DNA of 64,000 nucleotides. It comes from Eledone cirrhosa. Lineage: Eukaryota. The notes under the pieces were generated by a model. The model ran no database searches, was not told the DNA's origin, and saw only the letters and a list, made by a program, of their open reading frames with translations. The DNA lies in NCBI GenBank assembly GCA_964016885.1, contig OZ024741.1, positions 41,292,001-41,356,000 of the forward strand, given 5' to 3'. Made by a program: the position numbers and the translations under genes. Positions 61,520 to 64,000 of this stretch are shown piece by piece (positions within the stretch are counted from its first letter, which is position 1; the number at the start of each line of letters is the position of its first letter).

Positions 61520-61800
61520 AGAAGTAGTGAGCAATAGAGAAGCAGCACTGGTATAGACATGTGATGTACATGGATGGTGATTGCAGGGCAAAGAAGAGCT
61601 TGGAAACTCCATTGGAAGGAAGCCACAGTAGAGGAGGTCCAAGGAAGACTTGGGCAAAGGTGGTGAGAAATGATCTTAAATTGATGAAGCACACAGAGAA
61701 GGATGAAGAAAAATGATAAGTGGAAGATGCTGAACTGAAAAGGACACATCCAACCCTTGCAATCATGGAAATGTGGACGTAAAATAATGATGATGATCAG
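61520..61800 (+). mobile_element. Old RTE 3' fragment
   Basis: CTGGTATAGACATGTGATG (WYxHVM), GGAGGTCCAAGGAAGACTTGG, CCAACCCTTGCAATCATGGAAATGTGGACGTAAAA then (TGA)n. Confidence 0.65.
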
Positions 61801-62000
61801 TAGTATAGAGAGGGGGAAAATATATAGTAATTGTAATTTAAACTGACTGGCTGAAAAGATTTCCTACTTCATTCTAATATCATTTATGGAAGAGAAAATA
61901 ATTTCATTACACATTATTTGAAAATGTTTCTTTTTTTGTTATAAGACATATATAGGTATGTGTGCATTTGTGTAAATGTACATTTTGTGTGTGTGTATTT

Positions 62001-62031
<31 letters not shown>

Positions 62032-62749
62032 GTTAATTGATTCTTTTTTTTTATATAGATTTGATAGATGGTTCCCATGATATAAAGATAAAGTTTCCAT
62101 TCCTATATAAATCCTCAATCACTAGACACTACACAAGATATGTAAAAATCAAGCACATCCTTCAAAACCATACCCAAACCTTCCCAGCATAAAAACGACC
62201 AACCTACACTAATTACTGGTATGAGGCTGACAGATATCATCAGGCTGCAGCTGTTGTATTACATAGTTTCTGCCATTGTACAGTTTGAATGTTTATTAAA
62301 CACAAACATATTGTATATGGGTCCTTAACGCTATTACAAATTAAATTCAAAGAGGACAAAAATCTGAGTTTGATAGCTGATTTATGTAAGAATGGAGACT
62401 TTATCTTCATATATTATGGAGACCATCTATCAAATATAAAAAAAAAAAAACAGAAATTGACCCACAGTATATAACTGGGATTGATATGATCAATTACCCC
62501 CCCCCCCCCCCAAAAAAAAAATGTAAGGCAGGCAATGTTGACCTGGTTGGATTTTAACTCAGAATGTAAAGAGAGAGAGAAACAACAAAATACAACAAAG
62601 TCCACCACCACACTTCTCCATCCTGTCAGCCAGGACCACGAGATGGATGGCATATAAAGTAGGAGTAGGGTGGCAGTCTTCAGACGAAGGGGTTAATAAT
62701 ATCACACACACAGAATTAAACAGTTCAAACACCACTTTACTAATAATAA

Positions 62750-63535
62750 CTGTTCCTACTTTAGGTTCAAGGCCAGAAATCAACCCCAATGGATTCCTGG
62801 TATTATATTTTATCAACCTTGTAACAATGAAAGGCAAAGCTAACATCGGCAGGAATTGAATTCAAAACATAAGGGACCATAACAATATGCTGCAAAGAAT
62901 GTCATCCGATGTTCTACCAAAACTTCCAATGAACCACCATAACAGCAATAACAACAACAATTGTTTCTAATGTAAGCACAGGGCCAACAATTTAGGGGAA
63001 GGGAAAGCCAATCAAATCGACCATAGTGATTACTGGTACTTTATTTTATTGGGTCCATAAGGATGAAAGGCAAAGCTAACCTCAGCAGGATTTGAACTCA
63101 GAATGTAAATGGCAGTAACTATGCCATGAAGCATATTGTTCTGCCAATCCACCTAATGGTTTCTAATTTAGGCACATGGCTAACATTTTTGAGGGAGGAG
63201 GAGTTACTGGTACTTCAATTTATTGACCCCAGAAGGATGAAAGATAAAGTATACTCCAGCAAGATTTAAACTCAGAAAATAGAACATATACCACAAAGCA
63301 TTTACTTCGATGCTCTAATGATTCTGTCAATCGACTTCTCACCCAATAATAATTGTTTCTATTTTTGGCACAACGCCAGCAATTACCCAGTACATTACTG
63401 GTACTTTATTTTATTGACCCCGTAAGGATGAAAGGCAAAGTTAACCTCGGCAGGATTTGAACTCAGATCATAAAGGGACGTAACTCTATGCTTCAAAGCA
63501 TGGTATCCGACTCTCTACCGATACTGGCAATCCAG
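62750..63535 (-). mobile_element. Cluster of four same-orientation SINE family 2 copies
   Basis: Repeated GGCACAAGGCC..TTACTGGTACTTTATTTTAT..GGATGAAAGGCAAAG..GGATTTGAACTCAG-like motifs at ~62750, ~62960, ~63160 and ~63350. Confidence 0.8.
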
Positions 63536-64000
63536 ACTTTGGGGACAGTACATGGCAGAATAACAAGGAACAGTTAGTAGGGTGAGGGGTTATATTGAGT
63601 GAAAGGTTGAATGATGACTATGATTATGACGATGATGATGAAACAAAATAATGGAATAATATCAGATTATGAAAGAGTGTGTGTGTGTGCAAAGAGAGAG
63701 AGAGAGGGGGGATATGGGAGAGAGAGAAAGGGAAACAGAGAGAGAAAGAGTGAGAGAGAAACAGAAAGAGAGATCGAGAGAGAGAGAATATTATAGAAAT
63801 GTGTGTGTTTGTAAATAAGTGAGTGTAAATGAAAGGTAAATGGTGAAGATAGGAAGGTGGGGAGTGTGAGAGAGAAGGCCAACCAATTCAGTCAGCATGA
63901 AATGGTTTTCTGAAACAGTCTAGGGAAATATGATTTAGTAATATCTGGTGCCAAGATGACCAGCATTATGCTTGGTGATATTGCATCAGAGAAAATGGTT

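Overview
AT-rich, microsatellite-dense eukaryotic genomic DNA. The repeat content suggests an octopus or other coleoid cephalopod (inference). No prokaryotic genes, CRISPR array or confidently identifiable host protein gene were found, and most ORFs in the track are microsatellite artefacts. The window holds four large 5'-truncated copies of one RTE-clade LINE with a PHD-type (C4HC3) finger inside the RT region, and 3' fragments of at least two other RTE-like families. It also holds two abundant tRNA-headed SINE families (one sharing its tail with a local LINE), piggyBac-, Tc1/mariner- and CMC-like non-autonomous DNA elements, several minisatellites and a truncated Chapaev3-type transposase. 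The most unusual signal is a recurrent set of short fold-back (inverted-repeat) elements in (TA)n tracts that carry hammerhead-ribozyme (HHR) cores or half-cores, resembling Penelope pseudo-LTRs or retrozymes. One of them (33079-34756) encloses the 3' part of the Chapaev DNA transposon between its inverted arms. That architecture suggests a DNA transposon carried as cargo by a ribozyme-bearing retroelement. All alignments and folds were done by eye.
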